This document shows, piece after piece, positions 31,818 through 41,481 of a DNA stretch of 64,000 bases (position 1 is its first letter; every line of letters begins with the position of its first letter). The position numbers and the translations under genes are program-made. The notes beneath the pieces are model-generated. The model saw nothing but the letters and a program-made list of their open reading frames with translations. It had not been told where the DNA came from and made no database searches. The DNA comes from Alphaproteobacteria bacterium (lineage in GTDB: Bacteria > Pseudomonadota > Alphaproteobacteria > UBA828): positions 1 to 64,000 of the forward strand of contig CBDCQT010000007.1 of NCBI GenBank assembly GCA_965220745.1. The letters are read 5' to 3'.

Positions 31818-32576
31818 TCAGTCGGCCGCTTCCGGCTGCAATACGTCCGCAGGCCCGCCGCCCTCGCCGGGCATGCCGGAGTCGGACGGACCAGCTTCTG
31901 CGGCGGCTGGCGGCGCGCCGTCAGCCGGCTGGGCCGGCGTCGCGTCAGCCTGCGGCTGCTCGGGCGACGCGTCAGGCGCTATGGCGGACGCTGCAGCGGC
32001 AGATTTTTCCGCCGCAGCCGCCTCGGCAGCCTTTTCCTCCCGCGCCGCCGCGCGCTCGGCTCTGGCGCGCGCCTTGCGCACCGCGTCGAGAAGCTCCGCC
32101 TCGGTGCAGATGCCCAACAGGATCGGGTCCTGCGGCGTGATGTTGGGCGTGTTCCAATGAGTCCGCTCGCGCACGGCGTTGATCGTCGCCTTGGTCGTGC
32201 CGAGCAGCTTGCCGATCTGCGCGTCGCTCAGCTCGTCGTAGTTTTTGAGCAGCCAGGCGATGGCGTTGGGGCGGTCCTGCCGTTTGCTGACCGGCGTGTA
32301 GCGGGCGCGTCGGGTGCGCTGCGGCACTTCCGGGGCCGGGCCGATGGCCTCCAGCCGCTGGGAGGAATCCTCTTCGCAGCGCTGGATATCCTCGCGGCTG
32401 ACCTGCCCGTTGGCGACGGGGTCGAGGCCGCGAATACCGACTGCGACCTCGCCATCGGCGATGCCCTGCACCTCAAGCGGATGCAGCTCGCAGAACGCCG
32501 CAATCTGATCGAAGGTGAGCGTGGTGTTGTCGATCAGCCACACCGCCGTGGCCTTGGGCATCAGCAACTCGGCCAT
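31818..32576 (-). CDS. DUF1013 / TrcR cell-cycle regulator (alphaproteobacterial marker) with acidic low-complexity tail
   Basis: LMPKATAVWLIDNTTLTFDQIAAFC, YTPVSKRQDRP and GTTKATI. Confidence 0.9.
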   Translation of the reverse strand: MAELLMPKATAVWLIDNTTLTFDQIAAFCELHPLEVQGIADGEVAVGIRGLDPVANGQVSREDIQRCEEDSSQRLEAIGPAPEVPQRTRRARYTPVSKRQDRPNAIAWLLKNYDELSDAQIGKLLGTTKATINAVRERTHWNTPNITPQDPILLGICTEAELLDAVRKARARAERAAAREEKAAEAAAAEKSAAAASAIAPDASPEQPQADATPAQPADGAPPAAAEAGPSDSGMPGEGGGPADVLQPEAAD

Positions 32577-32708
32577 CTTATTGGTTCCTTCCACTGCTGC
32601 CCACGCGCGACTGTGCCACGGCCGGCATTATCGCCCGCAGCCACGTGTGAGGCGGTCGGTATATCGCTTACATGTGGGGAGCGCAAAGCCGCAGTTCACC
32701 GGGCACTA

Positions 32709-33713
32709 CTAGTTCGTGCGCTCCAGCACGATTTTGCCGATGTGCTGGCCTGCCTCCATGCGGGCGTGAGCGGCCGCCGCCTGGTCGAGCGGCAGCCGGG
32801 TGTCGATGACCGGCCGCACCAGACCTGCCTCGATCAGCGGCCAGACGGTCTCCTCCAGCGCTTCGGCGATGCGGGCCTTGCTCTCCACGCTCTGCGGCCT
32901 GAGTGTGGAGCCCACGATGGTGAGCCGCTTGCGCATGAGCACGAAAAGATCGATCTGGGATTTCGACGCCTCTTGGACGGCGATCTGCGCCAGCCGTCCT
33001 TCGGGCCGGAGCGCTGCGAGATTGCGCGGCGCGTAGCTGCCCCCGACGATGTCGAGCACGACATCGACCCCCTCGCCTCCGGTTATTTCCTTCACCACGC
33101 TGACGAAGTCCTCGTTGCGGTAGTCGATCGCCCGCTCGGCGCCGAGGCCTTCGCAGGCGGCGCATTTCTCTGGCGAACCAGCGGTCGCGAAGACGCGAAC
33201 ACCAAGCGCGGACGCGATCTGGATCGCAGTGGTGCCGATGCCGCTGCTGCCACCGTGGACCAGCAGCCGCTCGCCGGCGCGGAGCCGGGCGCGCTCGAAG
33301 GCATTGGTCCAGACTGTGAAGCAGGTCTCGGGCAGGCCGGCGGCGTCCACCACCGAGAGCCCCGCCGGGACCGGAAGCGCCTGTGTTTCCGGCGCGACGC
33401 AGTATTCGGCATAGCCGCCGCCGTGGGTCAGCGCGCAGACGGTATCGCCTACCTCGAAACGCTGCGCACCGGGGCCGTTCGCCACCACGTGGCCCGAGAC
33501 CTCGAGGCCCGGAAGATCGGAGGCACCGGGCGGCGGCGGGTATGCGCCCTGACGCTGCATCACGTCCGGCCGGTTGACCCCGGCCGCCGCCACCTCGATC
33601 AGCACCTCGCCCAGGCGGGGCTCGGGCACTGGCCTGCGCGCCGGGCGCAGCACCTCCGGTCCACCGGGCTCCGTGATCTCGATTCCGATCATTTCACTGG
33701 GCAGCTTGGCCAT
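32709..33713 (-). CDS. NAD(P)H quinone oxidoreductase (PIG3/zeta-crystallin family)
   Basis: GGPEVL, AGVNRPD, HGGSSGIG and GSTLR. Confidence 0.92.
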   Translation of the reverse strand: MAKLPSEMIGIEITEPGGPEVLRPARRPVPEPRLGEVLIEVAAAGVNRPDVMQRQGAYPPPPGASDLPGLEVSGHVVANGPGAQRFEVGDTVCALTHGGGYAEYCVAPETQALPVPAGLSVVDAAGLPETCFTVWTNAFERARLRAGERLLVHGGSSGIGTTAIQIASALGVRVFATAGSPEKCAACEGLGAERAIDYRNEDFVSVVKEITGGEGVDVVLDIVGGSYAPRNLAALRPEGRLAQIAVQEASKSQIDLFVLMRKRLTIVGSTLRPQSVESKARIAEALEETVWPLIEAGLVRPVIDTRLPLDQAAAAHARMEAGQHIGKIVLERTN

Positions 33714-33780
33714 GACGCCTCCAAAGGGTTTGCGCGCGGGACTATACTCAAGCTGGCCCGGCCGGCGCAGGAGAAACGGA

Positions 33781-33966
33781 ATGGACGAGGAAGCGGTCCG
33801 CATCCCGCGCGAGCAGGAATGGACCCCGCGCGTGCTCGACGACATGTCGGTCGACGCACTCAACGCTTACGCCGAACAGCTTGAAGAGGAGCTGGAGCGG
33901 GTGCGCGGCGCCATCCACGCGAAGACGGACTACCTGAGCAAGGCGGACTCGCTGTTCAAGAGCTAG
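33781..33966 (+). CDS. DUF1192-family small protein
   Basis: LDDMSVDALNAYAEQLEEELERV...ADSLFKS. RBS AGGAG before ATG 33781; divergent from the quinone oxidoreductase. Confidence 0.75.
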   Translation: MDEEAVRIPREQEWTPRVLDDMSVDALNAYAEQLEEELERVRGAIHAKTDYLSKADSLFKS

Positions 33967-34675
33967 CTTCGCCCCCGTTCAGCAGAGCGAGGATGGCGGC
34001 GAGGCCGATCGGCGCGCCGTCGTACTCGGCCATGGCGTCGAGCAGGGCGCCCCAGAGATAGACCGCAGACGCGAGGTCGGTGATCAGATCGTAGGCCGGC
34101 ACCTCGCCGATGTCGCCCCGGATCACGATCACGTTGAGGCGGGCGACGTTGGTCTGGGCGATGGCATCGTCCGCGAAGACCTGGGGCCTCATATCGACGG
34201 CGCAGACCTTGGCGAGCATCGCAGGCGCGTGCGTGCCGGTGAGCAGCAGCCAGCAGCTGGTCTCGTCCCGTGCCACGCGGAAGCAGCCGTCGGCCTCCGC
34301 CATGCTCCACGCCCCACCGAGGGTCTGAATCAGCGGGCCGGCCCCGCCGCGGTCCGCGAGCACCAGTGCCTCGCCGGGCGCGAGCCGCGCGATACGGCTG
34401 CCGTCGGCCTGTGGATAGGCCCGATTGCTCGCCTCGCCCATCTGGGCGCCGTTGCCGGCGAGCCAGGGGCCGATGTTCCAGCCCTTGAAGCCGATACGCG
34501 GGAACGGCGTGAGGTCGGCAAGCCCGAGCGCTTCCGCCTGGGCCGCCTCGGCAGCGGCCTCCCGCCCGAAGTCGCTGGCCACCGCATAGCCGCCCAACGC
34601 CTCGAAGCGCGCGCCGTGCGCCTCCAGCGCGCGGTAGAGCGGCGAGCGGCGCTGTTCCTCTGCGGGAATCGCCAC
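33956..34675 (-). CDS. soxG: Sarcosine oxidase / N-methylglutamate dehydrogenase gamma subunit
   Basis: RRSPLY, LADLTPFPRIGFKG, LAKVCAVDMR and YLWGALLDAM. Last gene of the operon. Confidence 0.8.
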   Translation of the reverse strand: MAIPAEEQRRSPLYRALEAHGARFEALGGYAVASDFGREAAAEAAQAEALGLADLTPFPRIGFKGWNIGPWLAGNGAQMGEASNRAYPQADGSRIARLAPGEALVLADRGGAGPLIQTLGGAWSMAEADGCFRVARDETSCWLLLTGTHAPAMLAKVCAVDMRPQVFADDAIAQTNVARLNVIVIRGDIGEVPAYDLITDLASAVYLWGALLDAMAEYDGAPIGLAAILALLNGGEASS

Positions 34676-34677
34676 CG

Positions 34678-37587
34678 TCAGAGCTCCTGCCGCGCGCCGT
34701 CGGGGTCGAAGAACGGGATTTTCGCCACGGTCGCGCTCACCATGCGTGCACTGTCCACGCGAATCTCGATCTTGGTGCCGGGCTCGCTCTGGTCGGGCGC
34801 GACGTAGGCGAGGCCCACGATCTTGTCCAGGTTGGGCGAATAGGCCACAGACGTGACCCGCCCGGTGATCTCGCCCGCGCGGATTACCAGATGGCACTCC
34901 TTGGGCTGCTCCACGCCGACGCCCGGCATCTCGAAGCCCACCAGCTTGCGGGTGAGCCCCTTCGCCGCCTGCATCCGCACCGAGCGGATGCCGACGTGGA
35001 AGGGCTTCTTCTTGGCGAGCGCCCAGGCCATGTCGGCTTCGTGGGGGGTGGTGAGGCCGTCGGTATCCTGGCCGATGAGGATGTGGCCCTTCTCCAGCCT
35101 GAGCAGGCGCTGCGCCTCCACGCCGAAGGGCCGGATGCCGTGGTCCTTGCCGGCCTCCATGAGCGCGTCCCAGAGCGCCTCGCCCTGGCTCGCCGGCACG
35201 TGCAGCTCGTAGCCGAGCTCGCCCACGAAGCCGACCCTGAGAAAGATCGTGGGGATGCCGGCGACGTGGCCTTCGCGCACGCCCATGTAGGGGAAGCCCT
35301 CGGGCGACAAGTCGACATCGTCACAAAGGGTCTCCAGCACCGGGCGGCAGTTAGGGCCCGCGATATTGACGCCCGCGAGCGCCGCGGTGACGTTGGTCAC
35401 GTCGACCTTGAGCCGCCACTGGGCGTTGTACCAGAGCATCTCGCGGTAGACGTTGTCGACGCCCGAGGTCGTCGCAGTGACGTAGAAGTGGTCCTCGTGC
35501 ATGCGGCAGGCGACGCCGTCGTCCACCACCACGCCGCCGAGGTCGGTCATCAGCACGTAGCGCGAGCGGCCCACCGGCTGCTTGAGGTAGGCGAAGGTGT
35601 ACATGCGGTTCATGAACTCGGCCGCGTCCGGCCCACGCACGTCGAGCCCGCCGAGGGTGGAGACATCGATGATGCCCACGTTGTCGCGGACGTTCTTGGC
35701 CTCCTCCCGGATCAGCGCCTGGCGCCTGGCCTTGTCGCCATAGAACTCGGGCCGGAGCCAGAGTCCTGCCGGCATCATGGTGGCGCCGGCCTCCAGATGG
35801 CGGAAGTGCATCGCCGTGTAGCGCACCGGCTCGAAGCTGCGGCCGGCGAGATGACCCATGGTGACCGGCACGATGGGCTGGCGCATCGTGGTGACGCCGG
35901 TCTCGTCCACGCTCCGTGCCTTGGCCCGCGCCAGGATGCGCACCGCGTTCAGAGACGAATGGCGGCCCTGTGAGGGCCCCATGCCGTTGGTGGTGAAGCG
36001 CTTGAGCAGCTCAACGTGGTCGTAGCCCTCGGCGATCGCGTCCTCCAGGTCGTGGACTTGCACGTCCTCGTCCAGATCGACGAAGGCCTTGTGATCGGGA
36101 TGCGGGAAGATCGGCCACGCCACCTGCGCCGCCGCCAGCTCTTCCTCTGCGGGAGCTTCGGGCTCGGGCCCCGCGTCGAGCCCGGCAGCCTGCGCCGCCT
36201 GCCAGCCCGCGCGGCGGCCGTCGGCCATCGCGGCATCGAGGCCGGTGGTCCCGGCAACCCCGCCCGCGGCGAAGACGCCCGGCGGAAGCTCTGCGACAGC
36301 GGTCGCATGACGCGTGCGGTCGTAGGTGAACGTGGCGCCCGCCTGGCGCAGCAGCGCCGCCGCCGGCGCATGGCCGCCTGAGACGACGAGTAGGTCGCAG
36401 CTGAAGCTGTCGACGGAAGGCGCGCAGACACCGTCTTCCTCGATCCGGGCGACGCGGACTCGCGCGACGCCCGATCCCTTGCGCTGCGCCACGGCCTCCC
36501 ACGGCGCCGAAGCGGCGTGGACCGGCACCCGGCGCGCGGCCAGCGTGTCGCTCATCGCAGTGCGCGGCGCATCCATGCGCAGGTCGACCACCGCCGCCAC
36601 CTCGACGCCTGCGTCCAGCAGGTCGAGCGCCGCGCCGTAGCCGTCGTCGTCCGCCGTCGCCACCACCGCACGGCGGCCGGGCCTGACGCCGTAGAGCTTG
36701 ATCAGGCGCTGGGCCGCGCTGCTCAGCATGACGCCCGGCAGGTCGTTGTTGCGGAAGACCAGCGGCTGCTCTAGCGAGCCAGTGGCGACCACCAGCGCCT
36801 TGGTCCTGAGCTTGTAGAGGCGGTTGCCGCGCACCAGCGGCAGCCAGTTGTCGGCGTAGCGGCCGAGGCACGCGGTCTCGGTCATCACCGAGATGCGATC
36901 CGAGCCCTCGACATCGCCGACGAGCCGGGCGCGCTCCTCTTCGGCGCGGATGCCGCCGGCGTCCGCGCGGCCATAGAGCAGCCCGCCGCCGAGGGCCGCG
37001 TTCTCGTCCACCAGGATGACCTCGGCACCGGCGGCTGCGGCTTGCGATGCCGCCGCGAGCCCCGCCGCGCCGCCGCCCACCACCAGCACGTCGCAAAAGA
37101 GATACTGTTTGTCGAAATAGCCGTGCGGGGCGTTGGTATCGACGGTGCCGAGGCCCGCGATCCGGCGGATCATCTTGGCCCAGAGCGGCCAGGTCCAACG
37201 CGGCTTGTAGAACGCCTTGTAGTAGAAGCCCACGGGGAAGAAGCGGTGCAGCAGGCCGAACACCGCTAGGCGGTCATGCCGCAGCGTCCCCCAGTAGTTT
37301 TGGCCCGTGACCTCCAGGTCGGGAACCAGCGGCTCGCGGTCCGCGAAGCGGTTGGGTGCGGGGCCGACCTGGACCAGCGTGTTCGCGTCGAGGCCGGAGA
37401 GCGAATGGATGCCGCGCGGGCGGTGATACTTGAAGGAGCGCGAGAGCACCGAGACGTCGTTCGCCGCCAGCGCGCTCGCCACCGTATCGCCGCGATAGCC
37501 CTGAAACTGCCTGCCTTCGAAGCGGAACGAGACCTGTTCCGTGCGATCGAGAAGCAGCCCTGCGGGCTCCGGCAGCCGCGTCATCAT
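34678..37587 (-). CDS. soxA: Sarcosine oxidase / N-methylglutamate dehydrogenase alpha subunit
   Basis: GDTVASALAAN, RSFKYHRPRG, VGGGAAG, GMGPSQG, DVSTLG and a GcvT-like C-terminus LRLEKGH. Confidence 0.9.
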   Translation of the reverse strand: MMTRLPEPAGLLLDRTEQVSFRFEGRQFQGYRGDTVASALAANDVSVLSRSFKYHRPRGIHSLSGLDANTLVQVGPAPNRFADREPLVPDLEVTGQNYWGTLRHDRLAVFGLLHRFFPVGFYYKAFYKPRWTWPLWAKMIRRIAGLGTVDTNAPHGYFDKQYLFCDVLVVGGGAAGLAAASQAAAAGAEVILVDENAALGGGLLYGRADAGGIRAEEERARLVGDVEGSDRISVMTETACLGRYADNWLPLVRGNRLYKLRTKALVVATGSLEQPLVFRNNDLPGVMLSSAAQRLIKLYGVRPGRRAVVATADDDGYGAALDLLDAGVEVAAVVDLRMDAPRTAMSDTLAARRVPVHAASAPWEAVAQRKGSGVARVRVARIEEDGVCAPSVDSFSCDLLVVSGGHAPAAALLRQAGATFTYDRTRHATAVAELPPGVFAAGGVAGTTGLDAAMADGRRAGWQAAQAAGLDAGPEPEAPAEEELAAAQVAWPIFPHPDHKAFVDLDEDVQVHDLEDAIAEGYDHVELLKRFTTNGMGPSQGRHSSLNAVRILARAKARSVDETGVTTMRQPIVPVTMGHLAGRSFEPVRYTAMHFRHLEAGATMMPAGLWLRPEFYGDKARRQALIREEAKNVRDNVGIIDVSTLGGLDVRGPDAAEFMNRMYTFAYLKQPVGRSRYVLMTDLGGVVVDDGVACRMHEDHFYVTATTSGVDNVYREMLWYNAQWRLKVDVTNVTAALAGVNIAGPNCRPVLETLCDDVDLSPEGFPYMGVREGHVAGIPTIFLRVGFVGELGYELHVPASQGEALWDALMEAGKDHGIRPFGVEAQRLLRLEKGHILIGQDTDGLTTPHEADMAWALAKKKPFHVGIRSVRMQAAKGLTRKLVGFEMPGVGVEQPKECHLVIRAGEITGRVTSVAYSPNLDKIVGLAYVAPDQSEPGTKIEIRVDSARMVSATVAKIPFFDPDGARQEL

Positions 37588-38192
37588 GTCGCCGAATCCT
37601 TCGGCTCGCGAGGGGATGCGTCGTCGGCAGGCGCCTCGTCCGCTGGAGCGTCGTCAGCGGGTACCTGGTCGGCGGCTGTATCGCCTTCGGCGTCGGCCGG
37701 CGCGGCTTGTTCTGGAGCTTCCGGCGTTTCCGCCGCGGCCTCGGCAGGTTCGGATTGCGGCTCCGGCTCGGGCGCGGCGGCCTCCTCCTGTGTGGCCTCG
37801 GTGGGTGCGGCCTCAGGCGGCGGTGGCGGCGCTTCCGGCGGTGTAGGTGGCGGCGGCGGTGCGGCCTCCTTCCGCGGCTCGGGTGCGGCTGCGGGCTCTG
37901 GAGGCGGTGGCAGAGGCTCGAATTCGACGCGCTCCGAGAAGACCCGGTCGGCCGGATAGGTGGCGAGGATCTCGTCGGTCACCGTGTCGCGCTCGGCGAT
38001 AAACCAGTAGGCGGTCGCGACGTGACACCACCACTCGCGCACCACGCCGTCCAGGTTCTCCTCCATCCAGACGAACTCGGTCCACTCGTCGTCCGAGCAC
38101 CGGTTGGGATCGGGATGCGGCTCCACGGTGCCGGCGCAGATGAACTCCTGGATATTGCGCGGCCCGTTGAGTGGGCAGGGCATGATTTTCAT
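37584..38192 (-). CDS. soxD: Sarcosine oxidase / N-methylglutamate dehydrogenase delta subunit with a long Pro/Ala/Glu tail
   Basis: MKIMPCPLNGPRNIQEF...EWWCH...RDTVTDEI. Start ATG 38192. Confidence 0.85.
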   Translation of the reverse strand: MKIMPCPLNGPRNIQEFICAGTVEPHPDPNRCSDDEWTEFVWMEENLDGVVREWWCHVATAYWFIAERDTVTDEILATYPADRVFSERVEFEPLPPPPEPAAAPEPRKEAAPPPPPTPPEAPPPPPEAAPTEATQEEAAAPEPEPQSEPAEAAAETPEAPEQAAPADAEGDTAADQVPADDAPADEAPADDASPREPKDSAT

Positions 38193-38218
38193 GGCCGCAC
38201 CTTCGCCACCCGGAGCCC

Positions 38219-39460
38219 CTAGTGCCCGACCGAGGCCGCGCCCTTCTCGCCCAGGAGCGAGAAGTCGCGGAAGCGGTCGAGGCGGAACTCCTTGATCAAC
38301 TCGGGCACGCGGCCGGTCGCGATCATCTCTGCCATGGTGGCGCCGCAGACCGGCGTCGCCTTGAAGCCCCAGGTGCCCCAGCCTGAATCGATGTAGTAGT
38401 TCTCGACCGGCGTGAGCCCCATGACCGGCGCGAAGTCGGGCGTCATGTCGGTCATGCCGGCCCACTGGCGCAGCACCGGGACGTCCACCATGAAGGGGAA
38501 GAGCTCCAGGATGTGCGCCATCAGCCCCTCCATGAAGTCGAGGGTCGAGGAAGTCTGATAGCGCGGATAGGGGTCGGTCGCGCCGCCCATCACCAGCTCA
38601 CCCCGGTCGGACTGCGAGATGTAAACGTGCAGGCTGCCCGAGACGATGATCGGGTCGAGGAAGGGTTTGAGCGGCAGCGAGACGCAGGCCTGCAGCGGCA
38701 CGGTGCGGATCGGCAGCGTGAAGCCCGCGAGCCGCGCGACCTGCCCGCTGAGGCCAGCCACTGCCTGCATCGCCTTGCCGCAGGCGATCGGCCCCCGGCT
38801 GGTCTCGAGTCCGACGACGCGCCCGTTCTCGATCTTTATGCCGGTGACCTCGGTCTCCTGATGGATCTCGACCCCGAGCTCCTGGGCGCGGCCGGCGTAG
38901 CCCCAGGCGACCGCATCGTGGCGGGCGACCGCGCCGGGCGGGTGATAGAGCGCGCCCAGCACCGGATGGCGCACGTCTTCGGACATGTTGAGCAGCGGCA
39001 CGAGGCGCGCGAGCTCCTCGCGCTCGACGACCTCGGAATCGACGCCCAGATGCTTGTTCACCTCGGCCCGCCAGCGCGAGGTGCGCATGGCGGAATCGGA
39101 ATGCGCCAGCGTGAAGTGCCCGCGCTCGGAATAGAGGATGTTGTAGTCGAGCTCCTCGCTGAGGCCGCGATAGAGCCGCATCGACTCCTCGTAGAAGGCG
39201 ACCCCTTCCGGCGTCAGATAGTTGGAGCGGATGATGGCCGTGTTGCGCCCGGTGTTGCCGCCGCCGAGATAGCCCTTGTCGAACACGGCGACGTTGCGCA
39301 CGCCGTGCCTGGCCGCGAGGTAATAGGCAGCCGCGAGCCCGTGGCCGCCACCGCCGATGATCGCCACGTCATAGCTCGGCCGGAGCTCCGGCCGGGCGGC
39401 GAGGAAGCGCTTGACCGGCCGGCGCCGGGAGAGGCCGTATTTCAGGAGGCCGAACGCCAT
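38219..39460 (-). CDS. soxB: Sarcosine oxidase / N-methylglutamate dehydrogenase beta (FAD) subunit
   Basis: IIGGGGHG, GGGNTGRNT and GWGTWGFKATP. Confidence 0.92.
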   Translation of the reverse strand: MAFGLLKYGLSRRRPVKRFLAARPELRPSYDVAIIGGGGHGLAAAYYLAARHGVRNVAVFDKGYLGGGNTGRNTAIIRSNYLTPEGVAFYEESMRLYRGLSEELDYNILYSERGHFTLAHSDSAMRTSRWRAEVNKHLGVDSEVVEREELARLVPLLNMSEDVRHPVLGALYHPPGAVARHDAVAWGYAGRAQELGVEIHQETEVTGIKIENGRVVGLETSRGPIACGKAMQAVAGLSGQVARLAGFTLPIRTVPLQACVSLPLKPFLDPIIVSGSLHVYISQSDRGELVMGGATDPYPRYQTSSTLDFMEGLMAHILELFPFMVDVPVLRQWAGMTDMTPDFAPVMGLTPVENYYIDSGWGTWGFKATPVCGATMAEMIATGRVPELIKEFRLDRFRDFSLLGEKGAASVGH

Positions 39461-39532
39461 CGTTCGTTGTCGTCGCTCAAATGCTCGCGGTTGATAGGCT
39501 GATTTGCGTGACGCGGCAAGACGTTATCGCTG

Positions 39533-40570
39533 TTATTGGTCCGACCGCTTGGCCTCGAAACGGGCGGCCTGCTCGCGCAAGCCCCGCGCGGTACCGGCGT
39601 TGATCAGAACGAGGCTCGCCACCAGCACCACGACCGCGGCCCAGACCCAGTGGCTGAGCGCCGCGCCGAAGAAGATGCTGGCCCAGAAGATGCCGGCCGC
39701 GACCACCACGTAGTTGAGTTGGGCGAAGAAGAGCGCGCCGGCACGGCGCACAATCTCGAAGAAGCAGCTGTAGGTGATCGCCTGGCCTGCCGTGGCCCAA
39801 AGCAGGCCCAAGATTCGCGAATCCTCATCGGTCACAAGCATGTGGGAATCGCCTGCAACAGCCAACAAAACTATGTGAGGGATTTGGTCATGAAGCCAGC
39901 CAGCAGTGACCGCCAACTGGGTTGCCTCGCCCTGGGCGAGCATCACGATGAGCAGCAGGATGGCGGCCACCATCATCATGCCGCCGCAGAGCGCGAACGC
40001 ACTCACGCCCACCGGCGAGAAGCGCGCGCCTGCGACATTGTTCACCGCCGCAGACATTGGCATCAGCAGCGAGAACAGCACCCATACCCAGGCGCCTGAC
40101 TCCGGCAGGCTGCCTGTGGGCACAACGATGAGCAGGATCCCGCCGAAACCCAAGAGCACGCCCCCGACGCTGAGCCAGCGGAAGCGGTCGAACCTCAGCA
40201 CCAGGGTCAGTGAGTAGGTGGTCGCCGGGATCAGCGCCGCGCAGAGCGTCAGCACCGCCGGCGGCAGGCGATCGGCGACGTAGGTAACGACCAGCAGCGG
40301 GCCCAAAAAGCCGAAGACCGCCACCAGCCCGAACACCCGCAGGTTCTCCTTCCTGAGCGACGGCGGCTTGGAGACGATCGCGGCCAGCACCAGCGTCACC
40401 ACGCCGGCGAACAGCGCCTGCCAGAACGAATAGGCGATGAAGGGGAAGCCCGCGTCGATCGCGATCTTGTTGGCGGTGAACAGGCTGCCGTATGAGATGC
40501 CGCCGAGCAGCAGCAGCACGGTCGGCAGCATGAGCCGGTTCTCGCGGAACTCGTCGAGCAGCCGCCTCAT
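39533..40570 (-). CDS. DMT/EamA-family transporter
   Basis: About 10 hydrophobic TM segments with GVLLGFGGILLIV and EIVRRAGALFFAQ. Confidence 0.8.
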   Translation of the reverse strand: MRRLLDEFRENRLMLPTVLLLLGGISYGSLFTANKIAIDAGFPFIAYSFWQALFAGVVTLVLAAIVSKPPSLRKENLRVFGLVAVFGFLGPLLVVTYVADRLPPAVLTLCAALIPATTYSLTLVLRFDRFRWLSVGGVLLGFGGILLIVVPTGSLPESGAWVWVLFSLLMPMSAAVNNVAGARFSPVGVSAFALCGGMMMVAAILLLIVMLAQGEATQLAVTAGWLHDQIPHIVLLAVAGDSHMLVTDEDSRILGLLWATAGQAITYSCFFEIVRRAGALFFAQLNYVVVAAGIFWASIFFGAALSHWVWAAVVVLVASLVLINAGTARGLREQAARFEAKRSDQ

Positions 40571-40701
40571 CGCCTTGGCTCGTGCAGCGTCACCGGTCGC
40601 GCGCTCGGCTTCAGTGGGGCGGCTGGCATGGGGGTACGAGGCGGGAGCGGGGCGCCCTGCGCCCGCCGTTCAGCCTGTGCTCGCGGGCAGGCGCTGCGGC
40701 C

Positions 40702-40776
40702 TGGTGGGCGCTGCTGGATTTGAACCAGCGACCTCTTGCATGTCAAGCAAGCGCTCTCCCCCTGAGCTAAGCGCCC
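40702..40776 (-). tRNA. tRNA-Val (GAC)
   Basis: GGGCGCTTAGCTCAGGGGGAGAGCG CTTGC-TT-GAC-AT-GCAAG AGGTCGCTGGTTCAAATCCAGCAGCGCCCACCA: cloverleaf with encoded CCA. Confidence 0.97.
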
Positions 40777-40917
40777 GTGCCGCCAACGCTCGGGCTTAGC
40801 ATCGCGCGCGCGGCATTGGCAAGACCGGCGGGGCCGTGCCGGCGCCGCTCCCCCCGGCCCTTGACCGTACGCGGGGAATGCCCACATGGTGCGAGCGAGG
40901 CGGCGAGGCAGGGGAAC

Positions 40918-41481
40918 ATGACCGAGGAAGAGCGGCGGGGCGGGCCGGTGTGGCACGGGACGACGATCCTTTCCGTCCGCAAGGGGGACATGGTGGTCGT
41001 CGCCGGCGACGGCCAGGTCACGCTCGGGCAAACGGTCATCAAGGCCAACGCTCGCAAGGTCCGGCGCCTCGGCGAAGGCGGCATTATCGCGGGCTTCGCC
41101 GGCGCCACGGCCGACGCCTTCACCCTCTTCGAGCGGCTCGAGGGCAAGCTGGAGCAGCATCCGGGCCAGCTTACCCGGGCCTGCGTCGAGCTCGCCAAGG
41201 ACTGGCGCACCGACCGCTACCTGCGCCGGCTGGAGGCGATGATGGCGGTCGCCGACAGAGAGGTCTCGCTGGTGCTCACCGGCACCGGCGACGTGCTGGA
41301 GCCTGCGGACGGGCTGATCGGCATCGGCTCGGGCGGCTCCTACGCGCTGGCCGCGGCGCGGGCGCTGCTCGACATCGAAGGCATCGATGCTGAGGAGGTC
41401 GCCCGCCGCGCCATGGCCATCGCCGCCGACATCTGCATCTACACCAACACCGAGATCGTGCTGGAGAAGATCGAGCCATGA
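40918..41481 (+). CDS. hslV: ATP-dependent protease subunit HslV
   Basis: [25 protein letters not shown] and GSGGSYA. Confidence 0.97.
   Translation: MTEEERRGGPVWHGTTILSVRKGDMVVVAGDGQVTLGQTVIKANARKVRRLGEGGIIAGFAGATADAFTLFERLEGKLEQHPGQLTRACVELAKDWRTDRYLRRLEAMMAVADREVSLVLTGTGDVLEPADGLIGIGSGGSYALAAARALLDIEGIDAEEVARRAMAIAADICIYTNTEIVLEKIEP

Noticed and set aside
40702-40776. tRNA-Val as an island integration site
   Set aside because: No duplicated tRNA 3' end and no adjacent integrase were seen.
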